Numbered from the stretch's first letter, positions 22,816-38,048 are shown. The stretch is 64,000 nt of DNA from Escherichia coli (GCF_030384885.1 NZ_CP128613.1); one strand, 5' to 3'. The notes: generated by a model from the letters alone, not told the origin. A program made the numbers and translations.

Positions 22816-25689
22816 ATGACACAGACGTTAAGCCAGCTTGAAAACAGCGGCGCTTTTATTGAACGCCATATCGGACCGGACGCCGCGCAACAGCAAGAAA
22901 TGCTGAATGCCGTTGGCGCACAATCGTTAAACGCGCTGACCGGCCAGATTGTGCCGAAAGATATTCAGCTTGCGACACCACCGCAGGTTGGCGCACCGGC
23001 GACCGAATACGCCGCGCTGGCAGAACTCAAGGCTATTGCCAGTCGCAATAAACGCTTCACGTCTTACATCGGCATGGGTTACACCGCCGTGCAGCTACCG
23101 CCGGTTATCCTGCGTAACATGCTGGAAAATCCGGGCTGGTATACCGCGTATACTCCGTATCAACCTGAAGTCTCCCAGGGCCGGCTTGAAGCACTGCTTA
23201 ACTTCCAGCAGGTAACGCTGGATTTGACCGGGCTGGATATGGCCTCTGCTTCTTTGTTGGATGAAGCCACCGCTGCCGCCGAAGCAATGGCGATGGCAAA
23301 ACGCGTCAGTAAACTGAAAAATGCCAACCGCTTCTTCGTTGCTTCTGACGTGCATCCGCAAACCTTAGATGTAGTACGTACACGCGCAGAAACCTTTGGT
23401 TTTGAAGTGATTGTCGACGATGCGCAAAAAGTTCTCGATCACCAGGACGTCTTCGGTGTGCTGTTACAGCAGGTTGGCACTACCGGTGAAATTCACGACT
23501 ACACTGCGCTTATCAGCGAACTGAAATCACGCAAAATTGTAGTCAGCGTCGCCGCCGATATTATGGCGCTGGTGCTGTTAACTGCACCGGGTAAACAGGG
23601 CGCGGATATTGTCTTTGGTTCGGCGCAACGCTTTGGCGTACCGATGGGCTACGGTGGCCCACATGCGGCATTCTTTGCGGCGAAAGATGAATACAAACGC
23701 TCAATGCCGGGCCGTATTATCGGTGTATCGAAAGATGCAGCTGGCAATACCGCTCTGCGCATGGCGATGCAGACTCGCGAGCAACATATTCGCCGTGAGA
23801 AAGCGAACTCCAATATTTGTACTTCCCAGGTACTGCTGGCAAACATCGCCAGTCTGTATGCCGTTTATCACGGTCCGGTTGGCCTGAAACGTATCGCTAA
23901 CCGCATCCACCGTCTGACCGATATCCTGGCGGCGGGCCTGCAACAAAAAGGTCTGAAGCTGCGCCATGCGCACTATTTCGATACTTTGTGTGTGGAAGTG
24001 GCCGACAAAGCGGGCGTGCTGGCGCGTGCCGAAGCGGCTGAAATCAACCTGCGTAGCGATATTCTGAATGCGGTTGGGATCACCCTTGATGAAACCACCA
24101 CGCGCGAAAACGTGATGCAGCTTTTCAGCGTACTGCTGGGCGATAATCACGGACTGGACATCGACACGCTGGACAAAGACGTGGCTCACGACAGCCGTTC
24201 TATTCAGCCTGCAATGCTGCGCGATGACGAAATTCTCACCCATCCGGTGTTTAATCGCTACCACAGCGAAACCGAAATGATGCGCTATATGCACTCGCTG
24301 GAGCGTAAAGATCTGGCGCTGAATCAGGCTATGATCCCGCTGGGTTCCTGCACCATGAAACTGAACGCCGCCGCCGAGATGATCCCAATCACCTGGCCGG
24401 AATTTGCCGAACTGCACCCGTTCTGCCCGCCGGAACAGGCCGAAGGTTATCAGCAGATGATCGCGCAACTGGCTGACTGGCTGGTGAAACTGACCGGTTA
24501 CGACGCCGTCTGTATGCAGCCGAACTCTGGCGCTCAGGGCGAATACGCGGGGCTGCTGGCGATTCGTCATTATCATGAAAGCCGCAACGAAGGGCATCGC
24601 GATATCTGCCTGATCCCGGCTTCTGCGCATGGCACTAACCCGGCTTCCGCGCATATGGCAGGAATGCAGGTGGTGGTTGTGGCGTGTGATAAAAACGGCA
24701 ACATCGATCTGACTGACCTGCGCGTGAAAGCGGAACAGGCGGGCGATAATCTCTCCTGCATTATGGTGACCTATCCTTCCACCCACGGCGTGTATGAAGA
24801 AACGATCCGTGAAGTGTGTGAAATCGTGCATCAGTTCGGCGGTCAGGTTTACCTTGATGGTGCGAACATGAACGCCCAGGTTGGCATCACTTCGCCGGGC
24901 TTTATTGGCGCGGACGTTTCGCACCTTAACCTGCATAAAACTTTCTGCATTCCGCACGGCGGTGGTGGTCCGGGTATGGGACCGATCGGCGTGAAAGCGC
25001 ATTTGGCACCGTTTGTTCCGGGTCATAGCGTGGTGCAAATCGAAGGCATGTTAACCCGTCAGGGCGCGGTTTCTGCAGCACCGTTCGGTAGCGCTTCTAT
25101 TCTGCCAATTAGCTGGATGTACATCCGCATGATGGGCGCAGAAGGGCTGAAAAAAGCAAGCCAGGTGGCAATCCTCAACGCCAACTATATTGCCAGCCGC
25201 CTGCAGGATGCTTTCCCGGTGCTGTATACCGGTCGCGACGGTCGCGTGGCGCATGAATGTATTCTCGATATTCGCCCGTTGAAAGAAGAAACCGGCATCA
25301 GCGAGCTGGATATTGCCAAGCGCCTGATCGACTATGGTTTCCACGCGCCGACTATGTCGTTCCCGGTGGCGGGTACGCTGATGGTTGAACCGACTGAATC
25401 TGAAAGCAAAGTGGAACTGGATCGTTTTATCGATGCGATGCTGTCTATCCGCGCAGAAATCGACCAGGTGAAAGCCGGTGTTTGGCCGCTGGAAGATAAC
25501 CCGCTGGTGAACGCGCCGCACATTCAGAGCGAACTGGTCGCCGAGTGGGCGCATCCGTACAGCCGTGAAGTTGCAGTATTCCCGGCAGGCGTGGCAGACA
25601 AATACTGGCCAACAGTGAAACGTCTGGATGATGTTTACGGCGACCGTAACCTGTTCTGCTCCTGCGTACCGATTAGCGAATACCAGTAA
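22816..25689 (+). CDS. gcvP: Glycine dehydrogenase (decarboxylating), P protein (957 aa)
   Basis: Begins [30 protein letters not shown]; PLP-dependent; the track's start at 22732 is an upstream extension. Confidence 0.95.
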   Translation: MTQTLSQLENSGAFIERHIGPDAAQQQEMLNAVGAQSLNALTGQIVPKDIQLATPPQVGAPATEYAALAELKAIASRNKRFTSYIGMGYTAVQLPPVILRNMLENPGWYTAYTPYQPEVSQGRLEALLNFQQVTLDLTGLDMASASLLDEATAAAEAMAMAKRVSKLKNANRFFVASDVHPQTLDVVRTRAETFGFEVIVDDAQKVLDHQDVFGVLLQQVGTTGEIHDYTALISELKSRKIVVSVAADIMALVLLTAPGKQGADIVFGSAQRFGVPMGYGGPHAAFFAAKDEYKRSMPGRIIGVSKDAAGNTALRMAMQTREQHIRREKANSNICTSQVLLANIASLYAVYHGPVGLKRIANRIHRLTDILAAGLQQKGLKLRHAHYFDTLCVEVADKAGVLARAEAAEINLRSDILNAVGITLDETTTRENVMQLFSVLLGDNHGLDIDTLDKDVAHDSRSIQPAMLRDDEILTHPVFNRYHSETEMMRYMHSLERKDLALNQAMIPLGSCTMKLNAAAEMIPITWPEFAELHPFCPPEQAEGYQQMIAQLADWLVKLTGYDAVCMQPNSGAQGEYAGLLAIRHYHESRNEGHRDICLIPASAHGTNPASAHMAGMQVVVVACDKNGNIDLTDLRVKAEQAGDNLSCIMVTYPSTHGVYEETIREVCEIVHQFGGQVYLDGANMNAQVGITSPGFIGADVSHLNLHKTFCIPHGGGGPGMGPIGVKAHLAPFVPGHSVVQIEGMLTRQGAVSAAPFGSASILPISWMYIRMMGAEGLKKASQVAILNANYIASRLQDAFPVLYTGRDGRVAHECILDIRPLKEETGISELDIAKRLIDYGFHAPTMSFPVAGTLMVEPTESESKVELDRFIDAMLSIRAEIDQVKAGVWPLEDNPLVNAPHIQSELVAEWAHPYSREVAVFPAGVADKYWPTVKRLDDVYGDRNLFCSCVPISEYQ

Positions 25690-25711
25690 TTTACTGATTC
25701 GACTATCTTCT

Positions 25712-25738
25712 AAAGGCGCTTTGGCGCCTTTATTTTTG
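25712..25738 (+). terminator. Rho-independent terminator after gcvP
   Basis: AAAGGCGC TTTG GCGCCTTT hairpin followed by ATTTTTG. Confidence 0.8.
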
Positions 25739-25748
25739 GGGAAAACAA

Positions 25749-26492
25749 ATGGCTATAGCACTTGTGACGGGTGGCAGTCGTGGCATCGGGCGAGCAACGG
25801 CGTTACTGTTGGCGCAAGAAGGATATACGGTGGCGGTTAATTATCAGCAAAACCGCCACGCAGCGCAGGAAGTTGTGAACTTAATAACTGAAGCAGGTGG
25901 CAAAGCGTTTGCGCTCCAGGCGGATATCAGTGACGAAAACCAGGTGGTGGTGATGTTTGCGGCAATCGACCAGCGCGATGAACCGCTAGCCGCACTGGTC
26001 AATAACGCAGGAATTTTGTTTACCCAATGCTCAGTGGAAAATCTCACCGCAGAGCGAATCAACCGGGTACTTTCCACCAATGTGACGGGATATTTTCTTT
26101 GTTGCCGCGAGGCGGTAAAACGCATGGCGCTTAAAAATGGCGGTAATGGCGGTGCTATCGTCAACGTCTCTTCAGTAGCCTCACGGCTGGGATCTCCGGG
26201 GGAATACGTTGATTATGCGGCCTCGAAAGGGGCGATTGATACGTTAACCACAGGGCTGTCGCTGGAAGTCGCCGCGCAGGGGATCCGCGTTAACGGCGTG
26301 CGGCCAGGGTTTATTTATACCGAAATGCACGCCAGCGGTGGCGAACCTGGACGCGTTGATCGCGTTAAGTCGAACATCCCCATGCAGCGTGGCGGACAGG
26401 CGGAAGAGGTCGCGCAGACCATCGTCTGGCTGTTAAGTGATAAAGCCTCTTATGTCACGGGAAGTTTTATCGATTTGGCGGGTGGAAAATAA
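25749..26492 (+). CDS. ygfF: Short-chain dehydrogenase/reductase YgfF (247 aa)
   Basis: SDR glycine-rich motif TGGSRGIG and catalytic YxxxK (YAASK). Confidence 0.88.
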   Translation: MAIALVTGGSRGIGRATALLLAQEGYTVAVNYQQNRHAAQEVVNLITEAGGKAFALQADISDENQVVVMFAAIDQRDEPLAALVNNAGILFTQCSVENLTAERINRVLSTNVTGYFLCCREAVKRMALKNGGNGGAIVNVSSVASRLGSPGEYVDYAASKGAIDTLTTGLSLEVAAQGIRVNGVRPGFIYTEMHASGGEPGRVDRVKSNIPMQRGGQAEEVAQTIVWLLSDKASYVTGSFIDLAGGK

Positions 26493-26507
26493 AACAGGAA
26501 AGTTATC

Positions 26508-26540
26508 TGACCGGATGCAACGAGTATTGCATCCGGTACT
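26508..26540. terminator. Hairpin between convergent ygfF and bglA (probable bidirectional terminator)
   Basis: ACCGGATGCAA CGAGTAT TGCATCCGGT inverted repeat. Confidence 0.55.
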
Positions 26541-26548
26541 TCATCGAC

Positions 26549-28009
<1,461 letters not shown>

Positions 28010-28026
28010 TTACAGGAAATAGTACC

Positions 28027-28338
28027 ATGCAGCCAAACGACATCACTTTTTTTCAACGTTTCCAGGATGACATTCTGGCTGGGCGTAAAACCATCACCAT
28101 CCGCGACGAGTCTGAATCGCACTTCAAAACGGGTGATGTGCTTCGTGTCGGGCGCTTTGAAGATGACGGTTATTTTTGCACGTTTGAAGTCACTGCAACC
28201 TCAACCGTAACGCTGGATACACTGACGGAAAAACATGCAGAGCAGGAAAATATGACCCTGACTGATCTGAAAAAGGTCATTGCCGATATCTATCCCGGCC
28301 AGACACAGTTTTATGTGATTGAATTTAAATGCCTTTAA
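28027..28338 (+). CDS. yqfB: ASCH-domain protein YqfB (N4-acetylcytidine amidohydrolase, 103 aa)
   Basis: 103-aa [31 protein letters not shown] matching YqfB. Confidence 0.85.
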   Translation: MQPNDITFFQRFQDDILAGRKTITIRDESESHFKTGDVLRVGRFEDDGYFCTFEVTATSTVTLDTLTEKHAEQENMTLTDLKKVIADIYPGQTQFYVIEFKCL

Positions 28339-28498
28339 ATTGAACTCACGCCTGTTAGTTGAAATTTCGCATTTAATTTCATGATTTTTCGGAGATTAGT
28401 CTCAAATCAGAATTTATTTTAGCTAACAGGTGTTCACTGGAACTATTCTCAGTTACGCTGGAGAAGTGTTCACGTGCGTGTACGTTTCTCCGGAGTAA

Positions 28499-29161
<663 letters not shown>

Positions 29162-29169
29162 TTGGTGCG

Positions 29170-29350
<181 letters not shown>

Positions 29351-29356
29351 AGAGAT

Positions 29357-30337
29357 TTACTCTTCCAGCGAATAGGGCAGCGGCTCGATATGCAATGTAT
29401 TCGCATCGTCGCGTACGCGGAAGATGCTGTCCGGTTCCATATCGTTATTCATGACGACCTGTACCACGACCTGACCATCTTCCAGTTTTACCGCAGCCAG
29501 CACCGTACCGGTACGACGCCAGTTCTCGCCCATTTTCAGCTCTAAATCTTCACCCGCTTCCGGCAGTCGGCTGGCGCTACCTGCCAGCAGCCAGAGGGCG
29601 CGTTTGTTGGCACCGCGGAATTTAGCTCGTGCCACCATCTCTTGTCCGGTATAGCAGCCTTTTTTAAAGCTGATGCCGCCCAGCGCCTGGAGGTTGGTCG
29701 CCTGTGGGATAAACTGCCCGCTGTTGGCGGCATCAATCACCGGAAAACCCGCTTCAATGTTTAATGCCAGCCACTGTTGGCTATTGTTCAGTTCCGCTTC
29801 ACCGCGCAGTTTATCGGTCAGCGTATTGGCGGTAGCTTCATCGGTTACGATCAGGAAACGTTCTGCCGGGTGTTCAAACCATAGCAAAGTGGTCGCGCCT
29901 TCTTTAACTACCTGTTTTTCTTTCGTAGGCAGTTCACTAAAGAGATTTGCCAGCGCGGCGCGCGCCTGAAAACCGGCAACACCAAGCAGCACACGTTCAT
30001 CGTCTGGCGCGATGGTCACTTTAGAGAACACCGCATATTTTTTCAGTTCAGTCAGCTGCGGTTCACGCACGCTGCGCCGTTCAATCCATGCAAAGCCATC
30101 GCCGTCGCGGAACAGACGTAAATTGCTCCACATTTTACCTTTGGCGTCGCAATGGGCGGCGAGCAGGTGCTGATCTTCTGTCATCTGGCTGACATCTGCT
30201 GTCACCTGACCCTGCATATATTTTTCGCTGTCCGTGCCAGTAATGGTGGCAAGCGCCCAGTCATCAAGCGTCATCAGCGTCAGCGGTAAACGGGCAGAAG
30301 CCGTAGGCTGACGGGGAGGAAAAGGTGTAAAAGCCAT
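29357..30337 (-). CDS. ygfZ: Folate-binding Fe-S cluster repair protein YgfZ (326 aa)
   Basis: Begins [44 protein letters not shown]; conserved KGCYTGQE motif; the track start at 30403 is extended. Confidence 0.9.
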   Translation of the reverse strand: MAFTPFPPRQPTASARLPLTLMTLDDWALATITGTDSEKYMQGQVTADVSQMTEDQHLLAAHCDAKGKMWSNLRLFRDGDGFAWIERRSVREPQLTELKKYAVFSKVTIAPDDERVLLGVAGFQARAALANLFSELPTKEKQVVKEGATTLLWFEHPAERFLIVTDEATANTLTDKLRGEAELNNSQQWLALNIEAGFPVIDAANSGQFIPQATNLQALGGISFKKGCYTGQEMVARAKFRGANKRALWLLAGSASRLPEAGEDLELKMGENWRRTGTVLAAVKLEDGQVVVQVVMNNDMEPDSIFRVRDDANTLHIEPLPYSLEE

Positions 30338-30576
30338 AATGGAGTCCTGTTTTACAAACGGCGTATTTATGACTAATGGTAAAAGAGCTATGAGGCAATG
30401 CAAGTGCTTTCACTACGCGATCTGTGCCTTCTGATATGCTTTGCGAGGCGACTTCCAAAAAAATGAATCCCTTGAAATATTGTGGGTTAATTTCGCGATC
30501 GCGATTGTGTTTACTGATATTCCCGCAAAAGAAGTCGAAAAACACGTTACAATAGCCTGGTACTGGATTTTCGTGA

Positions 30577-31243
<667 letters not shown>

Positions 31244-31282
31244 AGATGACGGCAAAGCCTGTGCGCTAAGCCGTCAGTGACG

Positions 31283-31804
31283 TCAGGCGTAATGCTCTGC
31301 CATTTCGTTGAGGATTTGCTCGCACCAGCTCTGAATACGCTCGTCGCTAAGGTCATACTGATTAGTTTCGTCCAGCGCCAGACCCACGAACAGTTGCCCG
31401 TCAGCAATCACCGGTTTCGGGCTGGTAAACTCATATCCTTCCGTTGGCCAGTAGCCGACGAACTTCACGCCTTTGGTCGAGAGTTTGTCATGCAGCATGC
31501 CGAGCGCATCGAGGAACCACTCGCCGTACCCCAGTTGATCGCCAAGCCCATACAGCGCAACAATTTTACCTTCGAGATTCAGGTCGTCGAGCTGATCCCA
31601 GACAGCTTCCCAGTCTTCCTGGATTTCGCCAAAATCCCAGGTCGGGATACCCAGAATGAGCACATCGTACTGCTCCATTAATTTCGGGGAGTCGTCCTTG
31701 AGGTTATGTAAGGTCACCAGTTCTGGGCCGATAATATCGCGGATTTTTTCTGCCGCCATTTCGGTATAACAGGTGCTGGAACCATAAAAAAGACCCATAT
31801 TCAT
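31283..31804 (-). CDS. fldB: Flavodoxin 2 (173 aa)
   Basis: Begins [21 protein letters not shown], with the flavodoxin FMN-binding signature. Confidence 0.93.
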
Positions 31805-31915
31805 AACGTAAGCTTCTCGATTCTGCTGTGGCTTTTGCGGCTAGTGTATCAGAATCGCTTTAGTCACGGCACAATAAGGCATAATGGATCAAATGAGTGA
31901 CCATAAGGGGCGCAA

Positions 31916-32812
31916 GTGAAACAGGATCTGGCACGCATCGAGCAGTTTCTTGATGCTCTGTGGCTGGAAAAAAATCTGGCTGAAAATACGTTGAACGCAT
32001 ACCGTCGCGATCTGTCAATGATGGTGGAGTGGTTGCATCACCGCGGGTTGACGCTGGCGACGGCGCAAAGTGACGATTTGCAGGCATTACTGGCAGAACG
32101 GCTGGAGGGGGGGTATAAAGCCACCAGCTCAGCGCGTTTGCTGAGTGCAGTGCGCCGATTGTTCCAGTATCTTTATCGCGAAAAGTTTCGTGAAGACGAT
32201 CCCAGCGCGCATCTCGCTTCGCCGAAATTGCCCCAGCGTTTGCCAAAAGATTTAAGCGAAGCGCAGGTCGAACGATTATTACAGGCACCATTAATTGATC
32301 AGCCACTGGAGCTGCGCGATAAAGCCATGCTTGAAGTGTTGTATGCTACCGGGCTGCGAGTCTCTGAACTGGTCGGGCTGACAATGAGTGATATCAGCCT
32401 GCGTCAGGGCGTAGTGCGGGTCATTGGTAAAGGCAACAAAGAACGCCTTGTGCCGTTAGGTGAAGAGGCGGTTTACTGGCTGGAAACTTATCTGGAACAC
32501 GGGCGACCGTGGTTGCTAAACGGTGTGTCAATTGACGTGTTGTTTCCCAGCCAGCGCGCGCAGCAGATGACGAGACAAACCTTCTGGCACCGCATTAAAC
32601 ATTATGCTGTGCTGGCGGGGATCGACAGCGAAAAGTTGTCACCGCATGTGTTGCGTCACGCCTTTGCCACTCATTTATTAAATCATGGTGCGGATTTACG
32701 CGTGGTTCAGATGCTACTGGGCCACAGCGATCTCTCCACCACGCAAATTTATACGCATGTCGCTACCGAGCGTCTGCGGCAACTTCATCAACAGCATCAC
32801 CCGCGGGCGTGA
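31916..32812 (+). CDS. xerD: Site-specific tyrosine recombinase XerD (298 aa), GTG start
   Basis: Catalytic R..HxxR..Y motif (...LRHAFATHLLNHGADLRVVQMLLGHSDLSTTQIYTHV...). Confidence 0.95.
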   Translation: MKQDLARIEQFLDALWLEKNLAENTLNAYRRDLSMMVEWLHHRGLTLATAQSDDLQALLAERLEGGYKATSSARLLSAVRRLFQYLYREKFREDDPSAHLASPKLPQRLPKDLSEAQVERLLQAPLIDQPLELRDKAMLEVLYATGLRVSELVGLTMSDISLRQGVVRVIGKGNKERLVPLGEEAVYWLETYLEHGRPWLLNGVSIDVLFPSQRAQQMTRQTFWHRIKHYAVLAGIDSEKLSPHVLRHAFATHLLNHGADLRVVQMLLGHSDLSTTQIYTHVATERLRQLHQQHHPRA

Positions 32813-32836
32813 TGTCTGAAAAGAACGGGAAGATTT

Positions 32837-33547
32837 ATGAAGAAAGGTTTTATGTTATTTACGTTGTTGGCGGCGTTTTCTGGTTTTGCTCAGGCTGATG
32901 ACGCGGCAATTCAACAAACGTTAGCCAAAATGGGCATCAAAAGCAGTGATATTCAGCCTGCGCCCGTGGCTGGTATGAAGACAGTTCTGACTAACAGCGG
33001 TGTGTTGTACATCACTGATGATGGTAAACATATCATTCAGGGACCAATGTATGACGTTAGCGGAACGACTCCGGTCAATGTCACTAATAAGATGTTGTTA
33101 AAGCAGCTGAACGCGCTTGAAAACGAGATGATCGTTTATAAAGCGCCGCAGGAAAAACACGTCATTACCGTGTTTACTGATATTACCTGTGGTTACTGCC
33201 ACAAACTGCATGAGCAAATGGCAGACTACAACGCGCTGGGGATCACCGTGCGTTATCTTGCTTTCCCTCGCCAGGGGCTGGAGAGCCAGGCTGAGCAACA
33301 AATGAAAGCCATCTGGTGTGCGAAAGATAAAAAGAAAGCGTTTGATGATGTGATGGCGGGTAAAGCTGCCACTCCGGCAAGTTGCGATATCGATATTGCC
33401 GATCATTACGCACTTGGCGTCCAGCTTGGCGTTAGTGGCACTCCGGCAATTGTGCTGAGCAATGGCACACTTGTTCCGGGTTACCAGCCGCCGAAAGAGA
33501 TGAAAGAATTCCTCGACGAACACCAAAAAATGACCAGCGGTAAATAA
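32837..33547 (+). CDS. dsbC: Periplasmic disulfide isomerase DsbC (236 aa)
   Basis: Signal peptide and CGYC active site (TDITCGYCHKLH). Confidence 0.95.
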   Translation: MKKGFMLFTLLAAFSGFAQADDAAIQQTLAKMGIKSSDIQPAPVAGMKTVLTNSGVLYITDDGKHIIQGPMYDVSGTTPVNVTNKMLLKQLNALENEMIVYKAPQEKHVITVFTDITCGYCHKLHEQMADYNALGITVRYLAFPRQGLESQAEQQMKAIWCAKDKKKAFDDVMAGKAATPASCDIDIADHYALGVQLGVSGTPAIVLSNGTLVPGYQPPKEMKEFLDEHQKMTSGK

Positions 33548-33552
33548 TTCGC

Positions 33553-35286
33553 GTGAAACAACAGATACAACTTCGTCGCCGTGAAGTCGATGAAACGGCA
33601 GACTTGCCCGCTGAATTGCCTCCCTTGCTGCGCCGTTTATATGCCAGCCGGGGAGTACGCAGTGCGCAAGAACTGGAACGTAGTGTAAAAGGTATGCTGC
33701 CCTGGCAGCAACTGAGCGGCGTCGAAAAGGCCGTTGAGATCCTTTACAACGCTTTTCGCGAAGGAACGCGGATTATGGTGGTCGGTGACTTCGACGCCGA
33801 CGGTGCCACCAGCACGGCTCTAAGCGTGCTGGCGATGCGTTCGCTTGGTTGCAGCAATATCGACTATCTGGTACCAAACCGTTTCGAAGACGGTTACGGC
33901 TTAAGCCCGGAAGTGGTCGATCAGGCCCATGCCCGTGGCGCGCAGTTAATTGTCACGGTGGATAACGGCATTTCCTCCCATGCGGGGGTTGAACATGCTC
34001 GATCGTTGGGCATTCCGGTTATTGTTACCGATCACCATTTGCCGGGCGAAACATTACCCGCGGCGGAAGCGATCATTAACCCTAACTTGCGCGACTGCAA
34101 TTTCCCGTCGAAATCACTGGCAGGCGTGGGTGTGGCGTTTTATCTAATGCTGGCGCTGCGCACCTTTTTGCGCGATCAGGGCTGGTTTGATGAGCGCGAC
34201 ATCGCAATTCCTAACCTGGCAGAACTGCTGGATCTGGTCGCATTGGGGACAGTGGCAGACGTCGTGCCGCTGGATGCTAATAATCGCATTCTGACCTGGC
34301 AGGGGATGAGTCGCATCCGTGCCGGAAAGTGCCGTCCAGGGATTAAAGCGTTGCTGGAAGTGGCCAACCGCGATGCGCAAAAACTCGCCGCCAGCGATTT
34401 AGGTTTTGCGCTGGGGCCACGTCTCAATGCAGCCGGGAGACTGGATGATATGTCCGTTGGTGTGGCGCTGTTGCTGTGCGACAACATCGGCGAAGCGCGA
34501 GTACTGGCAAATGAACTCGATGCGCTAAACCAGACGCGAAAAGAGATCGAACAGGGAATGCAGGTTGAAGCCCTGACCCTGTGCGAGAAACTGGAGCGCA
34601 GCCGCGACACGCTACCCGGCGGGCTGGCAATGTATCACCCGGAATGGCATCAGGGCGTGGTTGGTATTCTGGCTTCGCGTATTAAAGAGCGTTTTCACCG
34701 TCCGGTTATCGCTTTTGCGCCTGCGGGTGACGGTACGCTGAAAGGTTCCGGTCGCTCCATTCAGGGGCTGCATATGCGTGATGCGCTGGAGCGGCTAGAC
34801 ACACTCTACCCCGGCATGATGCTGAAGTTTGGCGGTCATGCGATGGCGGCAGGCCTGTCGCTGGAAGAGGATAAATTCGAACTCTTTCAGCAACGGTTTG
34901 GCGAACTGGTTACTGAGTGGCTGGACCCTTCGCTATTGCAAGGCGAAGTGGTGTCAGACGGCCCGCTAAGCCCAGCCGAAATGACCATGGAAGTGGCGCA
35001 ACTGCTGCGCGATGCTGGCCCGTGGGGGCAGATGTTCCCGGAGCCGCTGTTTGACGGTCATTTCCGTCTGCTGCAACAGCGGCTGGTGGGCGAGCGTCAT
35101 TTGAAAGTCATGGTCGAACCGGTCGGCGGCGGTCCGCTGCTGGACGGTATTGCTTTTAATGTCGATACCGCCCTCTGGCCGGATAACGGCGTGCGCGAAG
35201 TGCAACTGGCTTACAAGCTGGATATCAACGAGTTTCGCGGCAACCGCAGCCTGCAAATTATCATCGACAATATCTGGCCAATTTAG
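33553..35286 (+). CDS. recJ: Single-stranded-DNA-specific 5'-3' exonuclease RecJ (577 aa), GTG start
   Basis: DHH phosphoesterase motifs (VVGDFDADGATS, ITDHH). Confidence 0.95.
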   Translation: MKQQIQLRRREVDETADLPAELPPLLRRLYASRGVRSAQELERSVKGMLPWQQLSGVEKAVEILYNAFREGTRIMVVGDFDADGATSTALSVLAMRSLGCSNIDYLVPNRFEDGYGLSPEVVDQAHARGAQLIVTVDNGISSHAGVEHARSLGIPVIVTDHHLPGETLPAAEAIINPNLRDCNFPSKSLAGVGVAFYLMLALRTFLRDQGWFDERDIAIPNLAELLDLVALGTVADVVPLDANNRILTWQGMSRIRAGKCRPGIKALLEVANRDAQKLAASDLGFALGPRLNAAGRLDDMSVGVALLLCDNIGEARVLANELDALNQTRKEIEQGMQVEALTLCEKLERSRDTLPGGLAMYHPEWHQGVVGILASRIKERFHRPVIAFAPAGDGTLKGSGRSIQGLHMRDALERLDTLYPGMMLKFGGHAMAAGLSLEEDKFELFQQRFGELVTEWLDPSLLQGEVVSDGPLSPAEMTMEVAQLLRDAGPWGQMFPEPLFDGHFRLLQQRLVGERHLKVMVEPVGGGPLLDGIAFNVDTALWPDNGVREVQLAYKLDINEFRGNRSLQIIIDNIWPI

Positions 35287-35376
35287 CGTCATATTATCTA
35301 TAAAAAAGAGCGTGGATTGGGTACAATCCCGCTCTTATCACCGCATTTTGACTAGCTCAATAAAAGAAATCAGACC

Positions 35377-36475
35377 ATGTTTGAAATTAATCCGGTAAAT
35401 AATCGCATTCAGGACCTCACGGAACGCTCCGACGTTCTTAGGGGGTATCTTTGACTATGACGCCAAGAAAGAGCGTCTGGAAGAAGTAAACGCCGAGCTG
35501 GAACAGCCGGATGTCTGGAACGAACCCGAACGCGCACAGGCGCTGGGTAAAGAGCGTTCCTCCCTCGAAGCCGTTGTCGACACCCTCGACCAAATGAAAC
35601 AGGGGCTGGAAGATGTTTCTGGTCTGCTGGAGCTGGCTGTAGAAGCTGACGACGAAGAAACCTTTAACGAAGCCGTTGCTGAACTCGACGCCCTGGAAGA
35701 AAAACTGGCGCAGCTTGAGTTCCGTCGTATGTTCTCTGGCGAATATGATAGCGCCGACTGCTACCTCGATATTCAGGCAGGTTCTGGCGGTACGGAAGCA
35801 CAGGACTGGGCGAGCATGCTTGAGCGTATGTATCTGCGCTGGGCTGAATCGCGTGGTTTCAAAACTGAAATTATCGAAGAGTCGGAAGGTGAAGTGGCGG
35901 GTATTAAATCCGTGACTATCAAAATCTCCGGCGATTACGCTTACGGCTGGCTGCGTACAGAAACTGGCGTTCACCGCCTGGTGCGTAAGAGCCCGTTTGA
36001 CTCCGGCGGTCGTCGCCACACGTCGTTCAGCTCCGCGTTTGTTTACCCGGAAGTCGATGATGATATCGATATCGAAATCAATCCGGCGGATCTGCGCATC
36101 GACGTTTATCGCGCATCCGGCGCGGGTGGTCAGCACGTTAACCGTACCGAATCTGCGGTGCGTATTACTCACATCCCAACCGGGATTGTGACCCAATGCC
36201 AGAACGACCGTTCCCAGCACAAGAACAAAGACCAGGCCATGAAGCAGATGAAAGCGAAGCTTTATGAACTGGAGATGCAGAAGAAAAATGCCGAGAAACA
36301 GGCGATGGAAGATAATAAATCTGATATCGGCTGGGGCAGCCAGATTCGTTCTTATGTCCTTGATGACTCCCGCATTAAAGATCTGCGCACCGGGGTAGAA
36401 ACCCGCAACACGCAGGCAGTGCTGGACGGCAGCCTGGATCAATTTATCGAAGCAAGTTTGAAAGCAGGGTTATGA
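35377..36475 (+). CDS. prfB: Peptide chain release factor 2, made by programmed +1 frameshift (365 aa)
   Basis: Frame 1 encodes [25 protein letters not shown] then an in-frame TGA at 35452-35454; the +1 frame continues [11 protein letters not shown]... through SPF and GGQ motifs to 36475. Confidence 0.93.
35440..35455 (+). promoter_or_regulatory. prfB autoregulatory +1 frameshift site
   Basis: AGGGGG TAT CTT TGA C: an internal Shine-Dalgarno-like element 3 nt upstream of the slippery CUU-UGA-C. Confidence 0.93.
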
Positions 36476-36484
36476 GGAACCAAC

Positions 36485-38002
36485 ATGTCTGAACAACACG
36501 CACAGGGCGCTGACGCGGTAGTCGATCTTAATAATGAGCTGAAAACGCGTCGTGAGAAGCTGGCGAACCTGCGTGAGCAGGGGATTGCCTTCCCGAACGA
36601 TTTCCGTCGCGATCATACCTCTGACCAATTGCACGCAGAATTCGACGGCAAAGAAAACGAAGAACTGGAAGCGCTGAACATCGAAGTTGCCGTTGCTGGC
36701 CGCATGATGACCCGTCGTATTATGGGTAAAGCCTCCTTCGTTACTCTGCAGGATGTCGGTGGTCGCATTCAGCTGTATGTGGCTCGTGACGATCTGCCGG
36801 AAGGTGTTTATAACGATCAATTCAAAAAATGGGATCTCGGCGATATCCTCGGCGCGAAAGGTAAACTGTTCAAAACCAAAACTGGCGAACTGTCGATCCA
36901 TTGCACCGAGCTGCGTCTGCTGACCAAAGCACTGCGTCCGCTGCCGGACAAATTCCACGGTTTGCAGGATCAGGAAGCGCGCTATCGTCAGCGTTATCTG
37001 GATCTCATTTCTAACGATGAATCCCGCAACACCTTTAAAGTGCGTTCGCAGATCCTCTCTGGCATTCGCCAGTTCATGGTGAATCGTGGCTTTATGGAAG
37101 TTGAAACGCCGATGATGCAGGTGATCCCAGGCGGCGCGGCGGCGCGTCCGTTTATCACCCATCACAATGCGCTGGATCTCGACATGTACCTGCGTATCGC
37201 GCCGGAACTGTACCTCAAGCGTCTGGTGGTTGGTGGCTTCGAGCGTGTATTCGAAATCAACCGTAACTTCCGTAACGAAGGTATCTCCGTACGTCATAAC
37301 CCAGAGTTCACCATGATGGAACTCTATATGGCTTACGCGGATTACAAAGATTTGATCGAGCTGACCGAATCGCTGTTCCGTACTCTGGCACAGGATATTC
37401 TCGGTAAGACCGAAGTGACCTACGGCGACGTGACGCTGGACTTCGGTAAACCGTTCGAAAAACTGACCATGCGTGAAGCGATCAAGAAATATCGCCCGGA
37501 AACCGACATGGCGGATCTGGACAACTTCGACTCTGCGAAAGCGATTGCTGAATCTATCGGCATCCACGTTGAGAAGAGCTGGGGTCTGGGCCGTATCGTT
37601 ACCGAGATCTTCGAAGAAGTGGCAGAAGCACATCTGATTCAGCCGACCTTCATTACTGAATATCCGGCAGAAGTTTCTCCGCTGGCGCGTCGTAATGACG
37701 TTAACCCGGAAATCACTGACCGCTTTGAGTTCTTCATTGGTGGTCGTGAAATCGGTAACGGTTTTAGCGAGCTGAATGACGCGGAAGATCAGGCGCAGCG
37801 CTTCCTGGATCAGGTTGCCGCGAAAGACGCAGGCGACGACGAAGCGATGTTCTACGACGAAGATTACGTCACCGCACTGGAACACGGCTTACCGCCGACA
37901 GCAGGTCTGGGAATTGGTATCGACCGTATGGTAATGCTGTTCACCAACAGCCATACCATCCGCGACGTTATTCTGTTCCCGGCGATGCGTCCGGTGAAAT
38001 AA
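36485..38002 (+). CDS. lysS: Lysyl-tRNA synthetase, constitutive (505 aa)
   Basis: Class II aaRS motifs; begins [33 protein letters not shown]; cotranscribed downstream of prfB. Confidence 0.96.
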   Translation: MSEQHAQGADAVVDLNNELKTRREKLANLREQGIAFPNDFRRDHTSDQLHAEFDGKENEELEALNIEVAVAGRMMTRRIMGKASFVTLQDVGGRIQLYVARDDLPEGVYNDQFKKWDLGDILGAKGKLFKTKTGELSIHCTELRLLTKALRPLPDKFHGLQDQEARYRQRYLDLISNDESRNTFKVRSQILSGIRQFMVNRGFMEVETPMMQVIPGGAAARPFITHHNALDLDMYLRIAPELYLKRLVVGGFERVFEINRNFRNEGISVRHNPEFTMMELYMAYADYKDLIELTESLFRTLAQDILGKTEVTYGDVTLDFGKPFEKLTMREAIKKYRPETDMADLDNFDSAKAIAESIGIHVEKSWGLGRIVTEIFEEVAEAHLIQPTFITEYPAEVSPLARRNDVNPEITDRFEFFIGGREIGNGFSELNDAEDQAQRFLDQVAAKDAGDDEAMFYDEDYVTALEHGLPPTAGLGIGIDRMVMLFTNSHTIRDVILFPAMRPVK

Positions 38003-38020
38003 GCATTACGTTATGCTCAC

Positions 38021-38048
38021 AACCCCGGCAAATGTCGGGGTTTTTTAT
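38021..38048 (+). terminator. Rho-independent terminator after lysS (overlaps the idi stop)
   Basis: CCCCGGCAAATGTCGGGG hairpin followed by TTTTTTATTT. Confidence 0.8.

Noticed and set aside
36470-37885. 471-aa ORF antisense to lysS; similar long antisense ORFs opposite prfB (35438-36442), gcvP (23701-25038) and lysS/idi
   Set aside because: Low-complexity translations rich in F/V/R/Q with no domain signatures; the sense-strand genes are unambiguous.
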